This document shows, one piece after another, positions 40,118-51,900 of a stretch of 64,000 bases of DNA (its first letter is position 1; the number at the start of each line of letters is the position of its first letter). A program made the translations under genes and the position numbers. This DNA is from Octopus sinensis. Its lineage: Eukaryota. The notes under the pieces were generated by a model. It was given only the letters and a program-made list of their open reading frames with translations. It was not told the DNA's origin and searched no databases. The stretch covers positions 92,566,001 through 92,630,000 of the forward strand of contig NC_043006.1 in NCBI RefSeq assembly GCF_006345805.1. Reading direction: 5' to 3'.

Positions 40118-41686
40118 GTCCGTCAGGGATGCCCCCTCTCGGCACTTCTATACGTATTGACGCTGGAGCCATTATTGCGGAAGCTGGCAACTTTGAGGGG
40201 CATCCCGCGAGAACTGGGATGCGGGACGAGCGTGTCTGCATACGCGGACGACGTCACCGTCATAGTGTCTAGCCACGAGCACATCGAGCAGGTCGGCGAG
40301 ACACTGAATAACTACGAAGCGGTGACAGGAGCGAAAATCAATCGGGAAAAGTCAGTGGGCTTGCGACTAGGCACCTGGAGAAGCAAGCCCAAGCCGTCCA
40401 CCAGCGCCTCCGTCGTGGGACGCTGGACCGACGGCCCGGTTGAGTTTCTCGGGGTCTGGTTTGGTCCGGACCTCCAAGTGGAGAAGAACTGGAACGAGAT
40501 AACGAGTAGGGTGGTCACTCTCGCCCGGCAATGGGCCCAGAGGAAACTGTCCCTAAAAGTTCGGGCGGAGGTGGCGAACACGTACATCGCGTCCGTCATC
40601 TACTACCGCCTGACCGTCGTACCTTGTCCCGACCCTACCATCACCAAACTACAACGCATTCTCTTTCGCTTCTTGTGGAAAGGATGCGTCCCGATGGTCA
40701 GGCGATCCATTTGCTGTCAACACCCGTTAAAAGGAGGGCTGGGCATGCCGTGGTTGATCATGCGCAGACACGCGCTGAGACTGCGACATCTCTGGCTCTA
40801 TGTAAACGACGGTGAACAGGTGTGGTCGCCGTTTGTGAGGCACGCTTTCCCGCAGCTCGTCTCCAATCGTGCAGTGTCCATCAATTTCCGACTTGTGGAC
40901 GTATGTCGAACGACTGCTGTCACGTGTGGGACGAGTCGGTTTATCAGCTGAGTCTATCGTCAATATTGTCAAGCCTCCTTCCTTCAAACGGGAAGGAAGA
41001 GCTATTTTTATCATACTTGTGGCTATGGCGAAAGAATGTATCTGGTGGACGCGTCTGAAAGGATTGGAGACAAACACTTTCCTCTCTGGTCAATCTCTCA
41101 TCAACTTCTTCAAGTACCACTTGAAAAGGAAAGTGAGGGTAGAGAGGCAAGTTTTGTCTAGCGAATGTTTTAAAAAAAGATGGGTGAATGTAGCAAGGAT
41201 GGCACGTATGAATGACGAAGCCACCTTGAGCATAATCCTATGAACCCAGAAATTAAAAACAGAGAGTTACCCACTTGCAAACAAATGTGGTAACATATAA
41301 CATTATTGACCAAGGTTACCGTAGTCTTTTTCGTAGGCTTTTCTTCCCACGGCTAAACCTTACTTGCTTTCCCCTTTACACCATATATCATAACACTGTG
41401 ATACACGATCCCTATTGATCGTTTTTATTTCCTCTTCCCCTTTTTTCCCCTTTTTTCTTCTTTTTTCATTTCTCTTGTTCCTTTTCCTTTTCTTTTTTTT
41501 TGGTTTTATTTTTATTTTTATTTTATTTTTTTGGTTCTTTTCTTCCCTTTTACGATCCTTCTTGATTGAAAACCTACGCCACCCCTTCTTTCCTTTTGTT
41601 TTTTGTTTTTTTCATCCCCCAAAAGAAAAGCTCTACCTTGTAACTTGTCTCATCTGTGTGCAGCCCTGTGTGGGCAATAAAGAAAC
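40118..41686 (+). mobile_element. Tx1/L1-clade LINE copy 2 (3' half)
   Basis: Contains VRQGCPLSALLY, SAYADDVT, FLGVWFG and GGLGMP, plus a C-terminus ending EATLSIIL. Its 3' UTR is homologous to copy 1 and ends AATAAAGAAAC. Confidence 0.9.
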
Positions 41687-41773
<87 letters not shown>

Positions 41774-41788
41774 CTATATATATATATC

Positions 41789-41827
<39 letters not shown>

Positions 41828-41874
41828 ATATATAATATATATATATAATATAATATATATATTATATATATATC

Positions 41875-41918
<44 letters not shown>

Positions 41919-41951
41919 ATATATATGTATATATATATATTGTATATATAT

Positions 41952-42046
<95 letters not shown>
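41687..42046. repeat. (ATCT)n followed by a long imperfect (TA)n
   Basis: Read directly. Confidence 0.9.
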
Positions 42047-42047
<1 letters not shown>

Positions 42048-45000
42048 AGGTTAATCCAAACGGGAAAACAGAAAAAACAACAACACGTGGAACAATTACA
42101 GTATTATTATTAGGCGCTCAGGAAAATGGAAGAAGGAGGGTATGACGTTTCGATCGGAGCTCTTCGTCGGAAACATAGGAGAAAGAAAGATCCCGAGACG
42201 GGAGGACAGAGGAAAAAAAAATGGCAGGTAGTCTTCACGAGGTCACATACTAAAAAGACGGAAGTGGTAAAAAAGGAGGAAAATGTTTTTTAAAAACAGG
42301 AGAACTGAATCAAAGAGGGAATGGTAAAAAAGGTGTGCGAGATGACGAGGGTGTGTGTGTGAGTGTGTGCGTGTTGTGTATGTGTGTGTATGGTGGACAG
42401 TGGCTAGTAGCAGGCAGTAGTAGAATTAAAGGAGTGGTGTGGGGGTACCCTAGCAAGTCAGAAAGGCAGATCAGTAACAGGGAGGTATGTGTGTGTGCGT
42501 GTGTATGTATGTGTGAGTGTGTGCGTGTGTGTATGTATATGTGAGGCGAGATAAAAAACAAAAAATATGTATATGTTAGTGCGTGCAGGGCGAACGGATG
42601 ACATAGCAAGTCTCGAGTGAGTGGTCAGTGGTAAAAAAAGGGAGGAAGGAGGGAAGAAGGGAAGGAGGGAAAGGGTGGGGGCGTATGTAACGTGCCAGTG
42701 TGTGTGTTGAGTGGTAGTGTGTGTGTGTCCAGTGTGCGTAGTTGTGTGTATGGCAAGTAAATTTGAAGTGTGTGTAAGTGTAATGTATATATATATGCAA
42801 ATGTATGTGCGTGTGTGTACAAAGAGGGGGGTTTTAAGGTAAAAAACTGCAGCGGAAGGGGGGAAGGGGAAGATGGAAGAGTGGTCCCGCGGCGATAGGT
42901 GTGGGAGAACCTAAAGACACGCGCCGGCCCCAGATACGTACAGGAGATCTAGTCGGTCACCCACGAGCGTGGTGCATGCATGCGTGTATGCGTGCGCGAA
43001 CGTGCACAAGCGTGTATGTGCGCGCGCCTGCGAGTGTGTGTGTAAGTATGTATGTGTGTGGATGTGTGAGTGTGTCTGTGTGTAAGTCTGGGTGTCAGTG
43101 TGTCCGATGAATGTATGTAAGCATGTGTGTGTATATGTGTGTATATAGATGTATGTCCGTGTGTGTGTGTGTATGTGTATGAGTGTTATGTATGTACGTG
43201 TGTGTGTGTGGAAGTGTGTGTATGTGCATGTGTGTGCGCGTACATGCAGGTGTGTGCGTGAGTGTGTGTGTGTGTATGTATGTGTGAGTGTGTATGTCTG
43301 TGTGTGTTGGATGCATATATGTGTATGGGTGTATGTATGTGTGTGTGTGTATGTATGTGTACGTGCGTGTGTGTGTGTGTATGTAGGTGCGTATGTATGT
43401 GTGTGGGAGTGTAAGTGTGTGTGTGAGTGGGTGTGCGTGTATGTATGTGGGTAGGGATGCATGCGTGTGTGTGGTATGTATGTATACATACGCATGCACA
43501 CATCCGAAGCACGCCCACACACACGAAGCACGCTCACACACACAACACACAAACAATACAACGCAAGCCCATGGGGCCGACCAACCCCCAGCACGCGCCA
43601 AGGCGTGCGCGCGCGGGGCCCCCCGAACAACCCGCTCCACGGGAACCGAGGATCCATCGACCAAAACCAGAAAGCAGAAAAGAGGGGGGGCTGCATGGGT
43701 GCAAATAGGTGTATGTGTGTGTGCATTCGTGTAAAGGTGTGCATGTGTGGGTATGTGTGTATGTATGTGTGTGTGCGTACATGTATGTGTGCATGTGTGT
43801 GTGTATGTAAGTATAGGTGTGTGAAGTATGTATGTGCGATGTGTGTGTGTGTGTATGTATGTGCGTATGTATGTGTGTATGTATGTATGTATGTGTTTGT
43901 GTGTGTGTGTGTAAGTATGTATGTGTGTGTGTATGTATGTATGTGTGTATGTATGTGCATGTTGGTTTGTATGTTAGTGTGTGCATGTATGTCTATAAGT
44001 ATGTGTGATTAAATGTGTGAATGTGTGTACGTAGATGTGTATCCGTATGTGTGTGTGTGAACAGGCGTGTGGGATGTAGGTAGGTGTGTGTGTGTGGGGG
44101 AGGGTTTATCCCGAAAAAAAAACCTTAGGAGGAGGGGGCTGTGTTAAGTCCGTGTGGGGTAGTGGTTTGTAGGGTGAAGATGTAGCGTTGCTCCAAGTGG
44201 AGCCTAGAAAGTGGACGACCATTGTGGGGGGCGAGACCAAACACTGAGATGTCATCTAGGGAATGGCTGGCCGAGCGGAAGTGGCCTGCGACGGGAGAAA
44301 AAGAGTGTAGGCGAACGTCCCTCAAATGTTCTGTTAATCGGTCGGACAACCGGCGTCCCGTCTGTCCTACATACAGCATCCCGCATAGGTTGCATTTAAT
44401 GCAGTAAATGAGGCCAGACGAGGTGCACGTAAAAGAGTGCCTAATACGTACAGTTCGCCGGTTGGAGCCAGTGACAGCAGTGGTGTTGGTGATGAAGGGG
44501 CAAGTGTTGCAGCGGGATCTAGAGCAAGGGAATGATCCGTGTGGGGCTGAGGGGGAAGGAGAGAGGGTGCTGTGGACCAGGAGGTCACGTAGATTACGGG
44601 CTCGTTTGAAGGAGGACAGGGTGGGGTTAGGGAAAATGGGGCGGGTTGTGGGATCAAGCTGGAGGCGACGGAAGGCACGTAGTACCTTGCGACGAAGGGG
44701 TAGGGTAGATGGGTGGAAAAGGAGGGGGAAGGGGTGCGGTTGGGGGTGGGTGGGGGAAGGAGACAGGGCGGTGGTGCGGTCGATGCGACGAGCGTGGGTG
44801 AGGGCATTATAGATGAGTATGGGTGGGTACCCTCGGAGTCTGAACAGGCGGGCCAGGTATTGAGATTGGGTCTCGAAATCCTGGTCGCGGCTGCACAAAC
44901 GTCGGAGGCGGAGGAACTGGGAGTAGGGGATGGCTCGTTTGGTGTGGAAGGGGTGGGAGGAGGAGAAGTTGAGATAGAGGTGGCAGTCCGTAGGTTTAAA

Positions 45001-45975
45001 GAAGGCGGTGGTGGTGAGAGAGTTGGAGGGGTGGTCGATTCGGAGAGAGATGTCAAGGAAGTTGACAGAGGTGTTGGAGATGGTGGAGGTGAATTGAAGA
45101 GAGGGGTGAAAGTTGGAAAGGAAAGAGATGAATTGGCAGAGAAGTTCACGGGAAAGGGAGGTGGCACCTATGCAGTCGTCTATATAGCGACCGTATAGTT
45201 CGGGGGTCGGCCCAGAGAACTGGGAGAATACTTGGGCCTCAATGTAGCCAAGAAAGAGATTGGCGAAATTGGGGCCCATCCTAATTCCCATCGCGACCCC
45301 GGACCCCTGTTGGTACGTTTCCCCGGCGAACGTGAAGCAGTTGAGGGTGAGGACGAGCTCAGCCAAGCGGAGAAGGGTGGGGTTGCTAGGGGTGGGGTCG
45401 GGACGACGGTTGAGGAAGTGTTGGAGGGCTAGGAGACCGTCATTGTGGGGAATCACTGTGTACAGGGATTTTACATCTAATGTGAAAAGGAGGTGTGAGG
45501 GGACGGAAGGGAAGGAAAATGAATTGAAGAGACGGAGGGCGTGGTTGGTGTCGTGTATGTGGGATGGGAGGGCTGCGACTAAGGGGGACAGGATGCGGTC
45601 GAGGTATAGGGAAATGTATTCAGTGGGGCAAGTAGATGGAAGTAGATGGTGGAGGTGCGGGGTGTGCGGAAGATGAGGTTGGTGGTGGTGGGGGGGAGCA
45701 GAGGAGGAGATGAGGTCGCGGATGGTGGAGGACAGTCGCTGTTGGTAGGAGGAGGTGGGATCGGAGGGGAGGAGGCGATAGAAGAGGGGATTTTGAAGCT
45801 GGCTGAGCGCTTCCTCCCTGTATAGGTCCGCGCGCCACACTACCACTGCCCCGCCTTTGTCCGCCGGTTTGATGACGATGTCATTACGGCGGCGGAGGTG
45901 GCGAAGGGCAATGGATTCGGCCCAAGTGAGGTTGGCTCGGCGGGGTCTTGGTTCAAAGTTGAACCGGTGGACAAA
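42047..45975 (-). mobile_element. Penelope-like element (RT plus C-terminal GIY-YIG; Neptune-like), 5' truncated, with about 2 kb microsatellite-rich 3' region
   Basis: Carries the ORF at 44125-45972. The terminal segment 42047-42310 contains a CCGACGAAGAGCTCCGATCGAAACGTC motif typical of Penelope ends. Assigning 42310-44120 to the element is inferred. Confidence 0.85.
44125..45972 (-). CDS. Penelope-like reverse transcriptase / GIY-YIG endonuclease (5' truncated, probably defective)
   Basis: Contains IKPADKGGAVVVW, TLDVKSLYT, GVAMG..MGP.FANLF, RYIDD, FLDI, AIPYSQFLRLRR, a CSRSRCNTCPF Cys linker, LIYCIKC..C..LYVGQTGR.L..RLTEH and PHGLN. The frame is open about 42 codons upstream of the supplied 45846 start. 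Confidence 0.92.
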   Translation of the reverse strand, partial: VHRFNFEPRPRRANLTWAESIALRHLRRRNDIVIKPADKGGAVVVWRADLYREEALSQLQNPLFYRLLPSDPTSSYQQRLSSTIRDLISSSAPPHHHQPHLPHTPHLHHLLPSTCPTEYISLYLDRILSPLVAALPSHIHDTNHALRLFNSFSFPSVPSHLLFTLDVKSLYTVIPHNDGLLALQHFLNRRPDPTPSNPTLLRLAELVLTLNCFTFAGETYQQGSGVAMGIRMGPNFANLFLGYIEAQVFSQFSGPTPELYGRYIDDCIGATSLSRELLCQFISFLSNFHPSLQFTSTISNTSVNFLDISLRIDHPSNSLTTTAFFKPTDCHLYLNFSSSHPFHTKRAIPYSQFLRLRRLCSRDQDFETQSQYLARLFRLRGYPPILIYNALTHARRIDRTTALSPSPTHPQPHPFPLLFHPSTLPLRRKVLRAFRRLQLDPTTRPIFPNPTLSSFKRARNLRDLLVHSTLSPSPSAPHGSFPCSRSRCNTCPFITNTTAVTGSNRRTVRIRHSFTCTSSGLIYCIKCNLCGMLYVGQTGRRLSDRLTEHLRDVRLHSFSPVAGHFRSASHSLDDISVFGLAPHNGRPLSRLHLEQRYIFTLQTTTPHGLNTAPSS

Positions 45976-45977
45976 CG

Positions 45978-45992
45978 CATATATATATACTC

Positions 45993-46082
<90 letters not shown>

Positions 46083-46216
46083 GTAGGTAGATAGCTAGCT
46101 AGATAGATAGATAGATAGATAGGTAGGTAGATAGCTAGCTAGCTAGCTACATAGATAGATACATAGGTAGGTAGGTAGATAGATAGGTAGATAGATAGGT
46201 AGATAGATAGGTAGGT

Positions 46217-46258
<42 letters not shown>

Positions 46259-46313
46259 CATATATATATTTACCTACCTATCTACCTACCTATCTATCTA
46301 TCTACCTATCTAC

Positions 46314-46359
<46 letters not shown>

Positions 46360-46390
46360 GTCTATCTAAACGTCTATCTGTCTGTCTAAA
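45978..46390. repeat. (GATA/GGTA)n - (TA)n - (TACC/TATC)n compound microsatellite
   Basis: Read directly. Confidence 0.9.
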
Positions 46391-46638
46391 TGTCTGTCTG
46401 TGTATCTTTGCGTGTGTGCGCGTGCGTGTATATAGCAGCAGTTCCTTGGTGTGAAGACACGTGTCTAGCAGATTTTCTTATAATACGCCTTGTAACTTCA
46501 GCCTGAAGATTACGTGGAGACACAAAGTGCATAGTAAAAATTTGCTGCGTTTTCACGGCAAATAACTGTTTGTAATTCATCTCTTTATATCCTCTATATG
46601 TATACCCGTATATATGTATTATGTGTGTGTATGTGCAT

Positions 46639-46700
<62 letters not shown>

Positions 46701-47020
46701 CTTGCAGGAAAGGAGTAAGGTTATCTAAAATCATACATATATACAGTTTGTTCTATTTATTCTATGATTCTGACTGTGTGAAATAAAGATTTCTGTGTGT
46801 ATGCCCAGCAACTTCATATTCTCATTTCTACATCAAGTAAAAATAGAAAAGTACATCTTAAACTGATATCACACAATTAGTCTCAGTGATTGTTCAGTGC
46901 CGTCGATCATGTCATGACATTTATAAACATTGTTGCTAAGGCAATACACTCTGCCAGCATGATGGAATTTGTATTATAGAGATGTTTCAATTAAAAATTT
47001 TCTTCTAATGGTCTCGAATT

Positions 47021-47340
47021 ATTGGCACTCCGTCAGTTGCGACGCCAAGGATTCCAGTTGATCCGATCAAAGGGACATCCTGCTTATGAAATTAATATGC
47101 AAGTGGCAGAACACTTCACACGCATGCGCGTTTACTTTTAACATAATTCTCAGGTAAATTCAACGTCTCACAAATGTGACAGGGCTGGCTCTTAGAAATG
47201 CAGGTACGACTAATTATTGTCAGCTGAGTAAACCGAAGCAACGAGAAATAAAGTATCTCGCTCAAGGACACAACGCGCCGCCGGGAATCGAACTCATGCC
47301 AGACGTTCATGAGCAGAATATCTTAACCACTGAGCCACGG
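47021..47340 (-). mobile_element. tRNA-headed SINE
   Basis: On the minus strand: CGTGGCTCAGTGGTTAAG (A-box), GAGTTCGATTCCCGG (B-box), TGTGTCCTTGAGC core, and tail CGCAACTGACGGAGTGCCAAT. Confidence 0.75.
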
Positions 47341-48175
47341 ACCGTCACAATAGTCTTGAATTTAAGGGTTATTTGATAACTATTTCGTAAAATTGCCTGA
47401 GAAAGTGAACAAAGATATTAAGTTCGAATCCTGGTTTCAGTAGTAGCTTTTTCCTCTGATTTTAAAATCGATAAATTATCTCTTAGTCAATCTGTTTTAT
47501 TACATTCGCTGGGACTCCAATACGCATTCGCCACTAGGAACAAAAGCAACATCGAAGACAATTCAATAATCCGTGTAGCTTCTAGAAATTTACCCAGGCC
47601 ATGATGTTTACACACTTACAGAACTAAAGTATTCACATATTTCTCCTCTTCATAGAGAGAGCAGTATGTGCTTGTTATTTCAAAAGTTGCAGATGTATGT
47701 ATATGTGTATGTGTGTGTGTGTATATATATATATATATGTGTGTGTGAGTGTGTGTGTATGTGTGTATGTGTATATATATATATGTGTGTGTGGGTGTGT
47801 GGGTGTATATATATATATATACATATATACAAATCTCACTCCTATATACTTTCATAACTAGTAAAAACAAAGAACAATTTGATTTTTCATGGAGCTGTTA
47901 TAGCAACCATGATGTGAGTGTAGTTATGTAAATGTCTCTGTATTCATACTTTTCTTATTATAGAGAGCAGAGTGTGAAATATATGCTGAGAGAAAGAGTA
48001 AGAGTGGGTGAGAGAGAGAGGGAGGAATTAAAAAGTATTTATTCTACACGACTTATATAACCACTCTGTATCTCCTCACACATAGAGAGAACAAGAAACA
48101 TAACGTTTACTGTCCAGTGACACAGTGTCGAATCAGTAACGCCAAACTAGCGACGCCAAATGATGATGATGATGA

Positions 48176-48221
<46 letters not shown>

Positions 48222-48539
48222 TCCCTGATAAGATTGATGCATTGCTCAACATTAATCACCCTGTCGGATGTATTTTGAATGCATCCATCGAAGCATTTGT
48301 CGATGATATGAAAATATAAATAATTTGATAACTTCTTGAGTGTTTGTCTCCATTTTCAATTTTTCTTATGTTCTAAATACATCTCGCTTCTCCCCGGAAA
48401 TAACTCCCACCCAAGTGTGATCACTGATTCTTAGGACACTTATGCGACACCTGGCTTTCTGTAGAAAGTGTGCCTCTATTCCAGTCTCTATCAACTATTT
48501 GTCTACACCTTTGCTCACAGCTTCATTCTTCTCCTTCTC

Positions 48540-48910
48540 ATTATTATTACATCCTCTACCTTGATACATTCCCACTTTTGCTCTTCTAAGGACTCTAAGT
48601 CGGTAGATATTCTATCAATCCAAGAGGTCTTTTATTGTTTTTTCTTCTGCCCAAATTTTATTCCAAAATTCCAGCTTTTCTTTTGATAGGAACGACTTTA
48701 CTGTAACTTTGTTATATTGTCGTGCCTTGTCTTATATTCCTTCTGGGTTGGTGGCGTATATTGGCTGGTAATATGCCATACGGTTTCACCATTTTGTTCC
48801 CAAATTCTGCACTTATCACTTTGTGATGTTTTGTCTATTTTGTATTGTATGTAATTTGTACGTAGTACTTGCTCTTGGGATGCATGGGTTAGAATTTCCG
48901 GTTTTAAATC
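48540..48910 (-). mobile_element. Dong/R4-type LINE fragments next to (TAA)n
   Basis: Translates QEQVLRTNY...SDKCRIW...GETVWHI...QKEYKTRHDNI, then FWNKIW and SWIDRISTDLESLEEQKW. Confidence 0.65.
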
Positions 48911-51900
48911 ACTATTATTATTATTATTATTATTAGAAAGTAGTAGCAGCAGTTGTTGTTTTCGTTCTTGTAGTAAAGCTTTTATTGGTTGAGTACTTCG
49001 CAGAATCATTAGTTTTCCGCACTACATATTTGAGGTGGTAAATTATTAAGCTATTTCTAACGTTATGAGATGAAATTTCATCATTCCTTTCCCCATTTTA
49101 GGATCTCCGAAATGAAGTCAGATAGCGGTCTTTCATTTGATACCCGGAAACTGTACGGTATCGAGTCATATATATCTACATATGTACATACATATATGAC
49201 TCTGAGTGCACGCGCACATGTGTGTACATATGTGCTTCAGCGTGTACGAGTCTTGTGAGAAGATTTTATGCATGTGTAATTTGACAAAGTAAATAAACAT
49301 CCACAATGGAACAAGAATGAAACTGAATGCCCTTACTTTTCGAACGAATCGTGGCTATTTTCCCTGGACCAATTTATCAGACACTCCATTTTCACCTTCG
49401 ACATGCGAAAAAGAGTGATGTAATGCTAGGCTTATTGAAAACTTTTAAGAAACGACACTATTGTTGGACATATGCAATATAAAATACGCTATCATTACAA
49501 ATTAACCGTCATTGGACGAACTTCGCTAATCTACAAACGTAACACAGGGTCGAAAGTCTATGTCATTTGGTCACTTGAGCTGCAAAAATTTAGAGCCAAC
49601 TTCTCTTAAATCCAAACTTCCCTTTAAAAAAAATCAAAGAAGGTTCCAATCAAATATGTACGACTGAAAAGGCGAGATTAAGACAGTTTGATGTAAAGTT
49701 ATCATAGATCTAAAATAGGGTTCATCTCCCATCAATGATAAAGTTCACAAACGCCATTAAAAGCTAGCCACAAAAGGCTTCAAGGGAAAATCCTTATATG
49801 CGAAAAGATAAGACCGTTTATGTGTAGCACCATTATCCTAATAATAGCATTCGCCTAATAATATTAATGTAAGCAGTAATCGATTTGAGACATTTCTGTT
49901 TAAATATGAATCCCAATTAGTTGCATGTCTATGGGGGCAAGCATATATAAAATTGTTTGTGGAAAATTTTATAATACAAACAGATGCTATTAAATTGATT
50001 TCTCGGGAAATTATTTTGGTATAGAATGTGACGTTTGGGTTGAAAAAATTATGATGATTTTGCGTAACAGTTTTATATCAATAAATCGATAATGTTTTAG
50101 CTCATATGTTATTACATAAATTTCTGCAACTAAAATCTTTGAGAAAATGAAAAAAACTCTACCTAGATGATTTATGTGTAAGATATATCAACCAAATCGT
50201 TAGAAATTATACATCCTATAGTTTTCGTATCAAGGAAACTTGAAGCAATTTCATTTCTGCTATGGAGATGTGACACCAACTACCATCGTTGCTCGTAATG
50301 TACGATATAACATCCCTGATCCACAAGATAATGGCAACCTCCATTGAATCAAGTTGTTAGAAATAGCAATAAAATTAGGAAATGCTGGACTATATATTCA
50401 TGATTAACAGTGTGGAAATGGCTAAGGTTGGAAATATGTTCATTATAGGTTTACACGATCAAACACTGAATGTAATTTAGCAACAACAACAAAAACATTT
50501 GCAACACCTAAATGTGTACATACATACATATATCAGCTATAAAACACCAGGACTTTAGCATTCATAGCTCTGTCTTTAAAACATACTTTAAGAGATAAAT
50601 ATAATTTGCGTAAACAACTTCATTGCCTTACCCGAACTTCTACAATTTACATTTTTTTAAAAAGTAAGTTATATGATCAAGTGATCAACAGCGTACAGCA
50701 TTACACATACAAGCAGCAACAGCCTTACCAGTGAAAACATGGACCACCAAATTTATTCACTGTAGATGATACTGCAAGTTTTGAGAAAGTTTCTAGTCTA
50801 TCGCAAATGTTTCGAACATAATAAAACGTTTACTTGCAAGTGCGCAAGTTAAAATAATTGTACAGATTTGTAAACGAAGTGGAGCAAATTGATATGTTAG
50901 ATTTAAAGCCAAGCCATGTCAATATATGCTTTGAAATATTCTCGGAAAATGTAATTCATGTTCCGTACAAATGCATTATATAAATCTTTCAATTAGAGTA
51001 ATTTGTTTAGTGTTTCTTCCATGATGTACTTGGGTGTTAGAGTGTTACGAAAATAATATTTTATTTGTGCGGATTTGTATACAACAACAGCCTCATTACC
51101 CTGTATATTAAACAACAGGAGATGATAATTTCTTGAATTGATTAAAATATTCATGTTTGTTTTGGGTATGCGATATAGGTTTTAACAAATGTTACAGATT
51201 TTAAGAAAACACTTGTTTGGAAGTGGTTGTCTAAATTCTAAAATATGAAACTAGGTTGATCGCTTACGATTATCTTTTATATAGTTAAACTAATTTATAT
51301 TCATGCTGACGCAGTTATTTTATATTATTTTTGTTGTGTAATTTGCTCTTTTCTTTACTTACAATTTCTGAAATACGTTTACCGCCTTTCCTTAATTTAT
51401 GCTTGGTTTGCTTATTAAGACTTTGATATATAAAAATATAAAAAAGCGATAATTATTGTCCTTCAATGCATTTAACACCTGATTCATTGCGTACACACAT
51501 GGAATTACACCAAGAATTACGCGTAAATATCGTTTCTTTTGCGAAACTTACGGTTCCTGAAAATAAAAAAAAAGTAAAGAAAGTGTAAAAAACAATGAGA
51601 TGAAGTAGAAAAATGCTTAACTGACGGAGCATCCATTGTCAGCTAAATACGATTGAAAAATTATTTACAAAATGGGAGAAAAAAAAAGGATTTCGATCAC
51701 TACTCTATTGAAAGAATTGTTGCCTTCAAGCTGTGAAAAAGAAAAAAAAAGTGAGGCGTATTAGATTTCGCAATTTAAATTAGCTGAAGGGATAATCTAA
51801 AACCAACTTATATGGCAGCATCGGATTCGAAAAAGTAAAATCACGTGTTAAGATTTTATCAAAATTCTAATTCCTGCAAACACTTCTTGCTCAGATTAAA

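Noticed and set aside
42911-43986. Long His/Thr/Tyr- and Cys/Val-rich ORFs, here and at 28776-29269, 36291-36637 and 52522-53393
   Set aside because: These are translation artefacts of CA/TG/TA microsatellites, which lack stop codons in some frames.
50255-50345. CYGDVTPTTIVAR, resembling a K+ channel pore (GYGD) exon
   Set aside because: The first Gly is absent, there is no upstream TTxG or pore helix, stops are nearby and there are no convincing splice sites. A single short motif is insufficient.
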